Positions 35,767 through 53,030 of a stretch of DNA of 64,000 bases are shown one piece after another. Each line of letters starts with the position of its first letter. The stretch's first letter is position 1. The stretch lies in the NCBI RefSeq assembly GCF_009914755.1, contig NC_060934.1; one strand, written 5' to 3'. The position numbers and the translations under genes were made by a program. The notes beneath the pieces are model-generated. The model did not search any database. It had not been told where the DNA came from and saw only the letters and a program-made list of their open reading frames with translations. This DNA comes from the human T2T-CHM13v2.0 reference genome, Homo sapiens.

Positions 35767-36180
35767 GGATAAACAGAACATGGTACCTACATACAATGGA
35801 AAATTATCCCACTTTCAAAAGGAAGGAAATTCTGACATATGCTACAACAGAGATGAGTCTTGAGGGCATTATGCTAAATGAAATAGACAAGTCACAAAAG
35901 ACAAATATTGTGCGATTCCTCTTATTCACGTGAGATACCTGGAGTAGTCAAATTCATAGACACAGAAGGTAGAATAATGGTTGCCAGGAACCAGGGGAGG
36001 AGGAATGGGGAGTTAGTGTTTAATGAATATAGAGTCTCAGTTTTGCAATATAAAAGGGTTTTGAAGATTGGTTGCACAATAATATGAATGTTCTTAACAG
36101 TACTGAACTGCCTACTTAAAAATGGTTTAGATAGTAAATTTTATGCTATATATATTTTATCACAATTTTTAAAATTTTAA
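35767..36180 (+). mobile_element. L1MB 3' end
   Basis: AAGGAAATTCTGACATATGCTACAAC..GTCAAATTCATAGA; TSD about TCACTCTGG. Confidence 0.82.
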
Positions 36181-36184
36181 AACA

Positions 36185-36460
36185 TCACTCTGGCTGGTGT
36201 GTAGAGTAGAAGCAGGCTGACCAGCTGGAAGGCTATTGCAGTGCTCCGGGTGAGATGACAGTGGCTTGGATTAGGGTGATAGAGGTGGAGGTGGTTGAGA
36301 AGAGATCAGATCTGGGGTCTGTTTTAAAAGTAGAGATAATAGGACCCGCTGACAGATTGGATATTGAGTGTGAGGGAAAAGGACAAATGACAGCAAACTC
36401 CTGGGATTTTGGCCCGCTCAGCTGCATGACTGACTGTGCCATTGAGTGGAATGAGGAAGC
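36185..36460 (-). mobile_element. L2 fragment
   Basis: GGAAGGCTATTGCAGTG..TGAGATGACAGTGGCTTGGA. Confidence 0.7.
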
Positions 36461-36464
36461 TGGG

Positions 36465-37035
36465 GGAGAAGGCAGCTACCAGGTGGCAGGTTGATTACAT
36501 TGGACCTCTTCCATCAGGGAGGGGGCAGCGATTTGTTCCCTTTGGAACAGGCACTTTTCCGGATTTGGATTTGGTTTCCTTGGCCGTTGTCATGCTGCTG
36601 CCAGCACTCTCTCTATGCTCGTGCTAGATGGCTTGTAGCCTGTCATAGTCTCCCACACAATATTACTTCTGATGAAGAAACATTTTGCAGAGACAAAGTA
36701 AGCCAAGAGGCTAATGCCCACGGGACTCACTGATCTTGTCACGGTGTCCCATCTCCAAAAGCAGGTGGCTCAGGAGAACAGAGGAATGGTCTATTGGCAG
36801 CCGGTTCCTGTGCCAGCTGGAGAGATACCTTATAGGGACACAGCATATTTTCTGGCCAGTGCTGCTGTTTCTCCTGGAGCCAGGATCCACTTGGCTGGGG
36901 AATCCAAGCAATGGAAGCAATGGTATATACCATCACTGACCTACCCCAAACCATTTGCCTCCTTTACCCAAGATTCTGTTTGGGAGATTTTGGTACCCAG
37001 AGGATAAATGCCTTCATTTGGAGACATAGCCTTCC
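36465..37035 (+). mobile_element. ERV-L internal integrase relic
   Basis: ATRWQVDYIGPLPSGRGQRFV matches HERV-L integrase WWQVDYIGPLPSWKGQRFV; frameshifted afterwards. Confidence 0.85.
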
Positions 37036-37168
37036 AAAAATGACTTCCTGATTGACTCCATATCATAACTATTGTGAATGGTGAGGCAATAAACATGGGA
37101 ATGCAGATGTTTCTTCAACACACTGATTTCATTTCCTTTGGATAGATAACCAGTATTGGGATTGCTGA

Positions 37169-37790
<622 letters not shown>

Positions 37791-37844
37791 CCCATGGTAG
37801 TTCTATTTTTAATTTTTTGAGGAACCTCTATACTGTTTTCCTTA

Positions 37845-38900
<1,056 letters not shown>

Positions 38901-38910
38901 TATGATATAA

Positions 38911-38943
<33 letters not shown>

Positions 38944-39102
38944 CACGCAATGGAATATTATTCAGCCATAAAACACAATAAAATCCTGCCATTTGCAATA
39001 ACATGGATGAACCTGGCAGGCATTATGTTGCATGAAATAAACCAGGCACAGGAAGACAAAGACCACATGATCTCACTCATATGCAGAATCTTTAAAAATT
39101 GA

Positions 39103-39419
<317 letters not shown>

Positions 39420-39566
39420 TTGATTTTGTAGAAGTAGAGAGTAGATTAGTAATTACTAGAGGCTGGGGAGAGGACAGGGAAGGAGAGAGGGAGAGACCAG
39501 GAGAGGTTGGTCAATGGGTACAAAGTTACAATTAGATAGGAAAAGTAAGTTTTTTTGTTATATTAC

Positions 39567-39928
39567 TATATTAGTCCATTCTCACTCTGCTATAAGGACA
39601 TATCCAAGACTGGGTAATTTATAAAGAAAAAGAAGTTTAATGGACTCACAGTTTCACATGGCTGGGGAGGCCTCACAATCATGGTGGAAGATGAAGTAGG
39701 AGCAACGGCATGTCGTACATGATGACAGGCAAGACAGAGTGTATGCAGGGGAACCACCCTTTATAAAACCATCAGATCTCGTGAGAACTCACTATCATGA
39801 GAACACCATGGAAGTAACAGTCCCCATGATTCCATGACCTCCCATAGGGTCCCTCCCACAGCACATGGGGATTATGGGAACTACAATTCAAGATGAGATT
39901 TGGGTAGGGACACAGCCAAACCATATCA
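39567..39928 (-). mobile_element. THE1 (MaLR) solo LTR
   Basis: ATTAGTCCATTCTCAC...GGGACACAGCCAAACCATATCA; TSD ATTAC/GTTAC. Confidence 0.92.
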
Positions 39929-40839
39929 GTTACACAGTAGGGTGACTATCACAAATAACCATGTATTCTACCTTTGACGATAGCTAGAAAGTTTGGAATG
40001 TTGTCACTACAAAGAAATGATAAATGTTTAAAGTGATGGATACAGTAATTACCCCAATTTGATCATTATACTATGTCTACATGCATTGAAATATCACATT
40101 GCTTCAATACATACATATAATTATTAGGCGTAAATTATCAATTTTTTTTAATGACGGACTGGAATATCCTGTTAGCCAGGCCAGTGAACATTGTGCCAGA
40201 TTTGCTTTTACTCAGAAAAGTAAAGAAATGTGATATTCTTGCACCTAATCATTATGGAGCTCTTCACACCCATCATACGTAACCCACATGTCCGAGTCTC
40301 AGCGTCTTTGTGTTATATCCAAGTCTTCCAGGCATTACCTTCTGTGACTCCCAGGGCCCAGCCATCCTGCTGCCAGGCTCTTCCTGCCCAGCTCCTCCCT
40401 CCTGTTTGACCTCTACTGGCCATGAGGCTGCTCGAAGAAGGGTATCTGCTGCCCTGGCACAAAGTCACCAGTGTCTCTGCCAACAGCCCTTTAATACAAT
40501 GCCCTCAGCACCAGAGAGTCCGGGGATCCACCCTCCCACTATCATCTGAGCCCACTGCAAATCTATGGGTTCCTGCAGGTCTCTCAAAGTCTCTCTCAAA
40601 AACAGACACTTCCATTTCTTTCCTTTGTTTCTTGCCTGTAAGCAACAATCAAAACGTGAACAAAAACCTTCTTCCACAGGAACTGGCATTGTCTTCATTC
40701 AGACAGAGCCACAGCTCCCACCTCTCACATCACAAATCAAGAGAATCACCAGTCATTGGAATGCACAAACCAGAATTCTTTTCATCTGCCTTCGAGTTAA
40801 TTGTGATTTCCCGGTTTCTTTAAGAATCTCAGGTGTTAA

Positions 40840-40977
40840 GACCAGCACAGTGGTTCACACCTGTAATCCCAGCGCTTTGAGAGGCCGAGGCAGGAGGACT
40901 GCTTGAGCCCAGGAGTTCAAGACCAGCCCGAGCAACAAAGCAAGACCTCTACCAAAAAAAAAAAAAAAAAAAAAAAA
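40840..40977 (+). mobile_element. FLAM monomer
   Basis: TSD AAGAAT(C/T)TCAG. Confidence 0.9.
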
Positions 40978-42217
40978 GAATTTCAGATGCTACTTTTTGA
41001 GTACAATAGGGCCTATTCAAGCAAACTTCCCAAAACAAACAGCATGGGTACGAATTACTTAGAACTTAAAGTCTGATATACAAGAATTGGAACTTTGATT
41101 TTTTGTAATAAATAAATAAATTATTTATATTAAGAAATATCATCACTACTCACCACCAAACCTTAAGTTGGAGTGAAAATTAAATCTTAGCCAATTCAGG
41201 CCATTCTCAGCCAGTTTTATAACTTCTTTCAGCAGTTCCGGTTTTTCCCTCTTCGCTTCCTAGAGCTGCGTCTAAACTCTGGGAATGGAGAGTGTGGGAC
41301 TTGCAACATCTGTGGGAGAAGATGCCTGGTCCCTCAGGCTCTTCTGTCTCCACAGGCCTCCTCTGAGGCCCCGCATCCTCTGAGACTGCCTCTGGCTTGG
41401 TTACAGCTCCCTTTAGCCAAGCTCTGGCTTTCTGTGCTGCATCCACACTGTACTCAGCCACACCAGGAAATGCTCAGCTACAGCCTGTGCCTCATGGGGT
41501 GCACAGGGACCTCAAGGTGGCCCCAGGCCCTTAGGCCCAGACATCCTTTGAGGTCGTCTCTCCTCTCCTGCTCCCAAGCCCTGCTGTATGGGAGGTTCTG
41601 AAGACCTGCCGCCTCCCCAGCCACACCCCTCTCTCTCCAATCTCCTCACCTATCTGGGGGTTATTATTAGCCAGTTTGGAGTGTGGAACTACAAGTACCT
41701 CTCCTTCAGGGGACCAGGTGATGGGAGTTAATTCCTCAACCTGCATGCCCAGCCCTGCCTCTTCTCCTCCTCGTTTCTTCTAGGCCTTGGCTGTCTAGCA
41801 AGATGGAGAACAGGGGACAGGCTTAGCCTAGGCTCTTGCAGTTTGCAGAAGTGCCCCACGCACCCACTTTAGCATGTGTGTGACGGTCTACCGGTCTACT
41901 GTCAAATGTTCCACTTCCCACTGACAAAATCAGGAGAAGCTGCTCTTCCGGAAACTCTTAGAAGTTGTCTCCAAAACAAAACAAAGTAAAAACCTCATCC
42001 CCTTTAGGATGAGTGCATTTTCACTCTGGCCATGAATCTGGGAGGCACCTCCAAAGCACAGCAGCTCTGCAAGTGGCTCGAGGAATTCGTGGCAGGTTAA
42101 AGCCTGGGATCCCTCTACCTGGGTGGTCAGGGCTGGGGTCGCTGTTGTGGAGCAACAAGCTACAAGGCTTCTCTCCTTCTAGGACAAATCTTAGTTCACT
42201 TTGAAATTCCCAGAAGA

Positions 42218-42534
42218 GCTTTTATTTTTATTTATTTATTTATTTTGGAGACAGGGTCTCTCTCTGTCCCCCAGGCTAGAGTACAGTGGTGTGATCATGG
42301 CTCACTGCAGCCTCGACCTCCCTGGCTCCAGTGATCCTCCTGCCTCAGCCTTCTGAGTAGCTGGGACTACAGGCATGTGACACCAGACCTGGCTAATTTT
42401 TGTATTTTTTGCAGAGAGAGACGGAGGTCTCACTGTGTCATCCAGGCTGGTCTTGAATTCCTGGGCTCAAGCTCTCCACCCGTCTTAACTTCCCAAAGTG
42501 TCGGGATTACAGGCATGAGCCACCGCACCCAGGC
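42218..42534 (-). mobile_element. AluJ
   Basis: TSD CAGAAGAGCTTT. Confidence 0.93.
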
Positions 42535-42561
42535 ACAGAAGAGCTTTAAATTATCCTTTCT

Positions 42562-42833
42562 GGTTGGGCACAGTGGCTCACGCCTGTAATCCCAGCACTT
42601 TGGGAGGCCGAGATGGATGGATCACAAGGTCAGGAGTTCAAGACCAGCCTGGCCAACATAGTGAAACCCCATCTCTACTAAAAATACAAAAAATTAGCCG
42701 GGCATGGTGGCACATGCCTGTATCCCAGCTACTTGGGAGGCTGAAGTAGGGAGGTGGAGGTTGCAGTGAGCCGAGATCACGCCATTGCACTCCAGCCCGG
42801 GCGACAGTGCAAAACTCCGCCTTAAAAAAAAAA
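42562..42833 (+). mobile_element. AluS with right-arm deletion
   Basis: TSD AAATTATC(C/A)TTTC. Confidence 0.92.
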
Positions 42834-43049
42834 TTATCATTTCCTTGCCCCTAAATGTCTTCGTTTTGCTGGCTATCCTGCATATACTCAAAAACTATAG
42901 TTTTGGGTTTTTTCTCCCCAGTGCAGTCTCATCACAGCCCATTAATATTTCTAAATCAACAAGAATTTCTAAGACATTTGCCTCATCTCTGCACACCAGT
43001 GTTCTCATGTCTTGGAGTGACCTGCTGCCAATACCATTCTGGGATTTGT

Positions 43050-43235
43050 CTTCAGTCTGTGGGGCCAATGTGTACTCTGACCTTGGACAATCATTTCATC
43101 TCTCTGTGACTCAGTTTTCTTCTGTAAAATGGGACACATAATAGTAGCTACAATAGAATGACACGGAGAGCCCTTAGAACACAGCCTGGCACAGAGCAAG
43201 CAGTCAATAAATATTAGCCATCATCATTGCTGTCA
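43050..43235 (+). mobile_element. MIR
   Basis: TGACCTTGGACAA..CTCAGTTTTCTTCTGTAAAATGGG..CAATAAATATTAGC. Confidence 0.82.
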
Positions 43236-44926
43236 TCATTGTTATTATTAATATAAGTCACACAGGAGTCCCTGAATGTAGCTGGGGTGAGTCCGAGGCC
43301 ACAACTCAGATATGCAAAAAGTAGAACTTGCTTTATTTTTCCATGACTTTATTTAGTTTCTATTTTGTGTGCCCATTCCTATGGGTGGCAGAAACTTCAC
43401 TTTAGTGAATTCAGGGTAATTTCACTCAATTCAGACTCTCCAAGGTTGTGTCTAACTCCTCGACCTTCAGGGGTACTTGTGTTCAGGATGCGCATCTGGC
43501 CTGTGATTGGCCAAAGTCACCCCAGATGGTCCTAGGTCAGCAAACCACACGGATCTTGCATGGAAACTCTCCAGATCCCCCAGCTTAGAGCCAAGATTCT
43601 GATCCCACTTCCTGGCGAGTCGGGTAGCAGTGGACACCTCTATGAGAAGTAAACTTTCTTTGTAAAGGCAGGAGGGATTACAGGAGGGAGATGTGGTAAG
43701 ATAAGTTTTTAGAATCCTAAGCAATGTGTTTTTCATTAGTGATAATTTCTTTCTACTCCGTGGCCCTTTTGCCAGACAGAGTAGACTGTGCGACGTCCAT
43801 TGTACAACCCAGGAAAGGGTTATTACATCAGGAAATCAGGGGAAATGGCTTTTGGAGTTGCAAACATCTGGGTTTTCAGTGTCAAATGCCTGGCCTTGAA
43901 AGAGTCACAGCATGAATCTTACACCATAAACACTCAATTAGAATATGAGGAGCTTGTTAAAAACCAGGTTTTCTAAATCAAAATGAGATATCGATTCTCA
44001 AGGTTGGAAGAGGGGAGAATGAAAAAAGAACCAGATAAACTAGATTCTGTGTGAGTAGGGTGATGACACAGTTTACTGTCTATACCAGGACCCTTCCGAA
44101 AGTGAAAGGGAGTGTTGTTAATGACTCTGCCTTGGACACAGACACGAACCAGGACTGGTCCAGGCCGACCGGCACTAATGTATCTTCACCCTACCTATGG
44201 GTCCCCCTCCATTCTCCCTACAACTGGCCTGGGGCCAAGTGGAGGCAAGGATTTCTAGAAATCATAGATCTGCTTGGGGAATCTAAGAGAAGAGGTCCCG
44301 TCCCTCTGTGCTTATGTAAAGTCCAGGGTGTGTCAAAGCTCCCAGTTTCCACCCCACCAGCTCAGGGTCAGCGGTGTGGCTATAAAGCACAGCCGCACAG
44401 TGGGGATGGAGAGAGTCGGATACAATTCCCTGCACACCAACCTGTCAAGGAAGTACAGCCAAGCATTTTCTCTGCCTCCAAGAGGTGAGAAATAGCAGAG
44501 AAAGAGCCAGGTCTGGTGCGTCCATGCAGCTGAGACACGCACAGTCCAACAAGGACCAGATGGGAGAGCATGCACCCCTGCAGTGGCCTCTGAGAGTAGC
44601 TAACAGCAAGAAAAAAAACACCAAACCCATCCTCACCCCACTCCTCACCAGTGGCTCTCTGTCTTCTGCCACAACCAAGCAACCAGGCCTAGGGGATGCA
44701 AACGAACCCCACACTAAGTGGCACAGGAATTCACTAATAGCCCCTAATTTGACTGAGGCTTCATTTCAGGTGCAAATGAAATGGTTGGGAGTATGGTGAT
44801 ATGTCTGGCACATCTGAGCTGGTGACATGAGATTCACACCCACGTTACAATGAAATAGAGGACCCCAAAGTTAGAGTTTCAACTTCCAGAGGCAAAATTC
44901 TGCTTGTCATTTTTAAATAAAAGTCA

Positions 44927-45291
<365 letters not shown>

Positions 45292-45299
45292 TCACGACT

Positions 45300-45593
<294 letters not shown>

Positions 45594-45599
45594 TGGTCA

Positions 45600-46197
45600 G
45601 GACTTCAGGGGAGGCATTTGGACAGTATGTACAAACACAAGAAACAAAAATGCACTTAAAATTCAGCCCCTGTCTTTTATTTCTCACCATCTGCCTTAGA
45701 GAAATAATTGCCCATGTGGATTAAAAGGGAAGTACAAGGATTTTCAGAGTTATGTTGTTTATGATACCAAATAATTGGAAAGACCCTAAATTTCAGCCAA
45801 CAGGGGAGGGGTTAAATCAAAGATTGTGTCTCCACCGTGAGGAATACTAACCAGCCCGTTTTAAAAAATGTGTTAAATATATGTTGTTCTGAAGTGAAAA
45901 TCCCTCAAGACATAAATTTTTAAAAGCAAGGTATGGAACAACTCATATAATGTGACACTTACTTATATAAACACATATATATACATACCCAACACACATA
46001 TACATAAAAAGCTGTATTTGTGTATACACTCATCTTTGTAAGTAAATATAAGAAGTAAAGATCTGGGAAGATATTCACCAAATTGAAAACAATAGCTACC
46101 TCTGAGACGGGGATTACAGTTGGGAGATTGAAGGATAGGGCAGCTTTTTTTCACATCACGCATATTGTTCAATTTTTTTCTAGCAAGAATATATTCA
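45600..46197 (+). mobile_element. Old L1ME-type 3' region
   Basis: Degenerate L1 3' UTR motifs. Confidence 0.55.
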
Positions 46198-46741
<544 letters not shown>

Positions 46742-47393
46742 TGAGGAGGTTCTTACAGACACCAACAAAGATAGTCTAGCTTTTTTGAGGTGAGGAAATG
46801 CAGATGATGAGTGAACATGGCGTTTTCAAATAAATGGGCTATAGAAAAGGAAAGAAAACGTGAGATAGTAGCTTGAGGGAAGCCAAGGGTTCTGGACAGA
46901 TTTTCATGAATGGAGAGACGTGAGAAGATGACAACACAGAGGGAGAGGGAAGGTAATTCGGGAGCAAGGTTTCAGGAGAGACAGGTTCAGGGAAAGCTTG
47001 GCCTCTGAAACGGGTGGGAAGTGCATGGGTGAGAAAGAAAGACGGTTTCTGGCCAGGCCTTTTGGAAGCAAAGTCCCCTCCCCATCAAGAGGTGGGGGAA
47101 ATTTGAGGAGAGAGGTCAAGTTTTGGAGGAGTTTCTGAGAAGCTACGTGAAGCCATAAGGTTAGCGCACGTTCGTCTCAGTCTGGTGGTTTGCAAGGCAA
47201 CTGTTAAGATGAGGAGAGAAGTTGTGGGACTCAAGAACCTTTGGAAGAAAGTGATTCAATTGGAGTCTAGTCTGGATAGAAAAACAAACAAACAAAACCA
47301 CCACCTCCCATATAGCACATCCCATAAAATTGCAATAACTGCCTATTTATTTTCTGCCACTCGCCCCCATTAAAGTATAAAGATTCATGTGCA

Positions 47394-47701
<308 letters not shown>

Positions 47702-47733
47702 CTATCACTGACTCGCTTCCTGAGAGTGGGGAC

Positions 47734-48735
47734 TGTGATGGTTAAATCTATTTTATGGTATTTATTTTTTTATTTTTTGTTTTCTTTCTTTCTTCCTTTT
47801 TTTTTTTTTTTTTTTGGACGGGGTTTCACCATATTGGCCAGGCTGGTCTTGAATTCCTGACTTCAGGTGGTCTGCCTGCCTTGGCCCTCCAAAGTGCTGG
47901 GATTACAGGCATGAGCCACCACACCTGGTCTGTTTATTTGTATTTGGAGACAGAGTCTCCCTCTGTCGCCCAGGCTGGAGTGCCGTGGCACGATCTTGAC
48001 TCACTGCAACATCCACCTCTGGGGTTCAAGTGATTCTCGTGCCTCAGCCTCCTGAGTAGCTGGGATTATAAGTGGAGCACATGCCACCACACCTGACTAA
48101 TTTTCTTTATTTTTAGTAGAGACGAGATTTCACCATGTTGGCCAGGCTGGTCTCAAACTCCTGGCCTCAAGTGATCTGCCTGCCTCGTGTGATGGTTAAT
48201 TTTTGATGTCAACTTGACTGGATTAAAGAATGCCTAGAAACCTGGTAAAGCATTATTTTTGGTGTGTCTGTGAGGGTGTTTCCAGAGGTGATAGCATCTG
48301 AGTCTTTGTAAACGAGGTAGGGAAGATCTGCCCTCAGCGTGGTCACCATCCAATCTGATGGGGGCCCAGAGAGAATAGAAACAGAGAAAAGACCAATATG
48401 TCCATCTATCTGCTGGAGCTGGGACACACTCTTCATCTCCTGTCCTTGGACAACAACTTCAGGCTCCCTGGCCTGAATACTTAACACCAGCAGTCCCTCA
48501 GGGTCTCCAGCCTTTGGCCTTGGACTGAGAGTTACACCCCATCAGCTTCCCTGGCTTGGAGGCCTTCAGACTTGGACTAAGCCATGCTACCAGCATCTCA
48601 GGGTTTCCAGCTTATAGATTGCTGGTTGTGGGGACTTCTCAGTCTCCATAATCACATGAACCAATTTCCCTAATAAATCCTCTCTCATATATGAAGCCTG
48701 TTGGTTCTGTCTCTCTGGAGAACCCTGACTGCGAT
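47734..48735 (+). mobile_element. MLT2B-like LTR with Alu pieces (47790-47930 and 47935-48187, minus) inserted at its 5' end
   Basis: TGTGATGGTTAA duplicated at 47734 and 48188; TGTCAACTTGACTGGATT...GTTCTGTCTCTCTGGAGAACCCTGACT; outer TSD GGGAC. Confidence 0.88.
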
Positions 48736-49244
48736 GGGGACTATGTGGCAAGGGTATTTGGCAAATAACTTTCCAATGAATAACTGAGGGAAGAAAAGAA
48801 GGGTTGAGGTCCTAGATATCTCAATGAGATAGAGAAGGAAGTGTAGTGGGCTTCAACTTAATTCGACTCAGCAAACAAGAGCCGGTCTTCTATACCCTAG
48901 GCTCTAGGCAAATCATAGCACACAAGCACATTCGGTCTTAACCCTGCAGAGCCTGGGTGAGAGGCAGGCAGTGGAGGGCACAGAGGCTGTGGTCAGAGGC
49001 TGATGTCGTTGAATTTAGGATTTGGAGTTGGGGCTGCCCTAGGTGACAACTCTGGCTATCTGTTGATAAATGATCAGAATTGTCCAAGTCAGGTCGGGAA
49101 AGGAAGAAAGTTCCAGGCTGAGGTTAGGGCAGAAACCATGGCAGGAGGAAGAGTATAGCATACCTGAAGGCAGGGGGAAGACGTGCAGGAGGTGAAGTTG
49201 GAAAAGACAGGGAAGTGCATGACGGCAAAAGGCATAAGCTTTTT

Positions 49245-49538
49245 AATTTTTTTTTTTGAGACAGAGTCTTGCTCTGTCACCCAGCCTGGAGTGCAGTGGC
49301 ACAATCTGGGCTCACTGCAACCTCTGCCTCCCAGGTTCAAGCAATCCTAGTGTGTCAGCCTCTCAAGCACCTGGAATTACACGTATGTGCCACCATGCCT
49401 GGCTAATTTTTGTATTTTTAGTAGAGACAGGGTTTCACCATGTTGCCTAGGTTGGTCTCGAACTTCTGGTCTCAAGTGATCAGCCTGCCTCAGCCTCCCA
49501 AAGTGTTGGGATTACAGGCATGAGCCACTGTGCCCGGT
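49245..49538 (-). mobile_element. AluS
   Basis: TSD CAAAAGGCATAAGCTTT. Confidence 0.94.
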
Positions 49539-49589
49539 CAAAAGGCATAAGCTTTGATTCAGACCTGGATTCAAAATCTGACTCCTGCA

Positions 49590-49897
49590 ACCATCAGAAA
49601 GAATGAAATCATGTCTTTTGCAGCAAAACAGAAACAGAAAACCAAATACCGCATGTTCTTATAAGTGGGAGATAAACATTGGGTACACATGGACATAAAG
49701 ATGGGGAACAACAGACACTGGCATCTCCAAAATGGGCAAGGGAGGGAGGCAAGGGTTGAAAAACTACCTATGGGATACTATGCTCACTATTCAGGTGATG
49801 GGCTCAACAGAAGCCCAAACCCTAGCATCACACAACATATCCATGTAACAAACCCGCATATGCACCCCCTGAATCTAAAAGAAAAAAAAAAAAAAAA
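49590..49897 (+). mobile_element. L1PB/late L1PA 3' end
   Basis: AATGAAATCATGTCTTTTGCAGCAA..CATGTAACAAACC..CCCCTGAATCTAAAA plus A-tail. Confidence 0.88.
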
Positions 49898-50113
49898 CCA
49901 GCCTGGGCAATAAAAAGCGAGACCCCCATCTCTACAAATTTTTTTTTTTAAATTTGCATAGCATGGTGGCTCATGCCTGTAGTCCCAGATACTCAAGAGG
50001 CCAAGGCAAGAGGATTCCTTGAGCCCAGGGGGTCAAGATTACACCAAGCTATGATTGCACCACTGCACTCCAGTCTGGGTGACAGAGTGAGACCCTGTTT
50101 CAAAAAAACAAAA
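49898..50113 (+). mobile_element. AluJ, 5' truncated
   Basis: Partial dimer. Confidence 0.88.
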
Positions 50114-50116
50114 AGA

Positions 50117-50442
<326 letters not shown>

Positions 50443-50504
50443 TCAAATGATTAATGAGCCTACAATAAAATAATGGCCTTGTTATCAAAGAAATACAAAA
50501 TACA

Positions 50505-50808
50505 GTCCTGGCGTGATGGCTTGCGCCTGTAATCCCAGCACTTTGGGAGAACAAGATGGGAGGATTGCCTCAGCTCAGGAATTCGAGACCAGCCTATGCA
50601 ACAAGACAAAACCCTATCTCTACAAAAAAATACAAAAATAGCCAGTTGTGGTGGCATGTGCTTGTAGTTCCAGCTACTCAGGAGGCTGAGGTGGAAGGAT
50701 TGCTTGAGCCTGGGAGGTCAAGGCTGCAATGACCCGAGATCATGTCACTGCACTCCATTCCAGGTGACAAAGTGAGACTTCATCTCTAAAGAGAAAAAAG
50801 AAAAAAAA
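50505..50808 (+). mobile_element. AluJ
   Basis: Dimer. Confidence 0.92.
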
Positions 50809-50898
50809 TACAGCAACAATAAAGTACTAAAACAAACAAACGAACAATCCGACCCCTTCTCTCTTATGAGACCTGGGCAAGCTACTTAATCTCTAAAA

Positions 50899-51077
50899 CA
50901 GTGGTTCTCAACTGGGGGTGATTTTACCTGCCCCCCACCCCCCAACAACCAGGGAATATTTGGCAATATCTAGAGACATTTTTATTTCTCCCAACTGTGT
51001 GTGGGAAGAGGAGAATGCCGCTGATGTCTAGGGGTAGAGGCCAGGGTGGAGCTAAATATCCTATAAAGCACAGGACT
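50899..51077 (+). mobile_element. MER20 (hAT-Charlie), 3' end missing
   Basis: CAGTGGTTCTCAACTGGGGGTGATTTT..TTTGGCAATATCTAGAGACATTTT..GGTAGAGGCCAGGG. Confidence 0.85.
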
Positions 51078-51078
51078 T

Positions 51079-51175
51079 CCCAGGAGTTGGAGGCTGCAGA
51101 GAGCTATGACTGCACCACTGCACTCCAGCCTGGGTGACAGAGCAAGACCCTACCTCTAAAGCGGAAAAAAAAAAA
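51079..51175 (+). mobile_element. Alu 3' fragment
   Basis: End of right arm plus A-tail. Confidence 0.85.
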
Positions 51176-51699
51176 GTCATGGCTTCATAAAATGTATGTG
51201 GCCCTTCCTAATGGGAGACAATGAGGAGTCTCTTCCATCTCTTCAAACTACTGTGTATATTTAAGTCCCAGGTATTTCAGAGATCCTCTCCATTCCATTA
51301 TTTTGATTTTATGTGTCTTCTTAATTTGCTTAGGAGTAGAAACAATTTTCTGAAATTTTATTCCAGAGAGAATTCTTTGTCTTGCACGTTTTAAGCTCCT
51401 TTCTTCCTCTTCCTTCTTTTTTAGATGAGAGGCAGAATTCTTGCACAGACACCACACTGTGTTTCTTGTTGCTTAGTCATTTTGAAATAGTGGCAGTTCT
51501 CCATGGGCCCACTATTCCCCCTAAATAATACTGCTGTGGTCTCTTTTGCTTATCTCTCTGTTTACCTGCATGCAATTTGCATCTTCTCTATGGAATATGA
51601 GCTGGGGCTTGGATCAAAATCACTTTTATTTGTTGGTCCCAAAGCTGTCTGAGAAGGGTGGGGAGGAAAGTGGGTCTATGTGCAGTCAAAGCTGGGAAC

Positions 51700-52043
<344 letters not shown>

Positions 52044-52709
52044 TAAGGGACAGACCCTGTCCCATAGCTGGGCAGTGGGTCTGGAGGGTTGGGTTTGTCT
52101 CCCCACTCTGGCGGATCAGATATGAAGCTGGATCCCAGCCCAGCAGCGTGTGAACGCCTTGTCTGTTGTGGCCACAAGTAATTTTCTCCAGCCAGCTTGC
52201 TATGTCACAGCTGCCTGGCCCTCAGGGACAATTGCTGCTAGAAGCCTATTTCTGTACTCTCTCCCACCACTGTGGCCTTGGATTGATGTTTAGCTGTACA
52301 GCAGGGGAAAAGGGCCCCCAAGCAGAACATTCCAGATCTTTTCTCTTGCCAGCTCAGGCCCCTATTTCCTGTTCCTCCGAAGTGAGAAGTACTAGTGGGA
52401 TTTTTTAGAAATGCAGCCTTCTCTCACCACGTGCTGCAGCTCACTCCAAAAAGGGAGTTGTGGGTTGGTTCCCAGAATTTTATTTCAATTCAGACCTAAT
52501 TGTTTTTTATTTGGATGCATTGGGTGTCTTGTATTTGGATTTAGATGTCTTGAAGTCTGTGGTATGAGGTTGGAAAAATTTCCTAGATTCAGTGTTGGAG
52601 GATGTTTCTTTTGGTATATCTTGTTTTCTTCATTCCAGTCAGTGTTAGAAGGAAATTTTGTAAATCTGTTAATTTTACTGCCTTTACTGGATGTTCCAAT
52701 ACCACTTGT

Positions 52710-52725
52710 TGTTTTTTTGTTTTGT

Positions 52726-52756
<31 letters not shown>

Positions 52757-53030
52757 TTTTTTTGAGACATGTTCTTGCTCTGTCACACAGGCTGGAGTGC
52801 AGTGGCATGATCATAGCTCACTGAAGCCTCAACCTCCCGGGCCCAGGTGATCCTCCCACCTCAGCCTCCCAAATAGTTGAGACTACAGGAATGCACCACC
52901 ACACCTGGCTTTTTTTTTTTTGGAAAAACAGAGTCTGCCTATGTTGTCCAGGCTGGTCTTGAACTCCTGACCTTAAGTAATCCTCCCGCCTCAGCCTCCC
53001 AAAATACAGAGTCTATAGGCGTGAGCCAAC
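52710..53030 (-). mobile_element. AluJ
   Basis: Dimer, (TTTA)n tail. Confidence 0.92.

Noticed and set aside
36475-36492. CTCF-like CTACCAGGTGGCAG
   Set aside because: Mismatch at a core C, and explained by ERV-L integrase codons.
44051-44799. ORFs of 145 and 104 aa in unique DNA
   Set aside because: Non-ATG starts, no known motifs, and lengths expected by chance.
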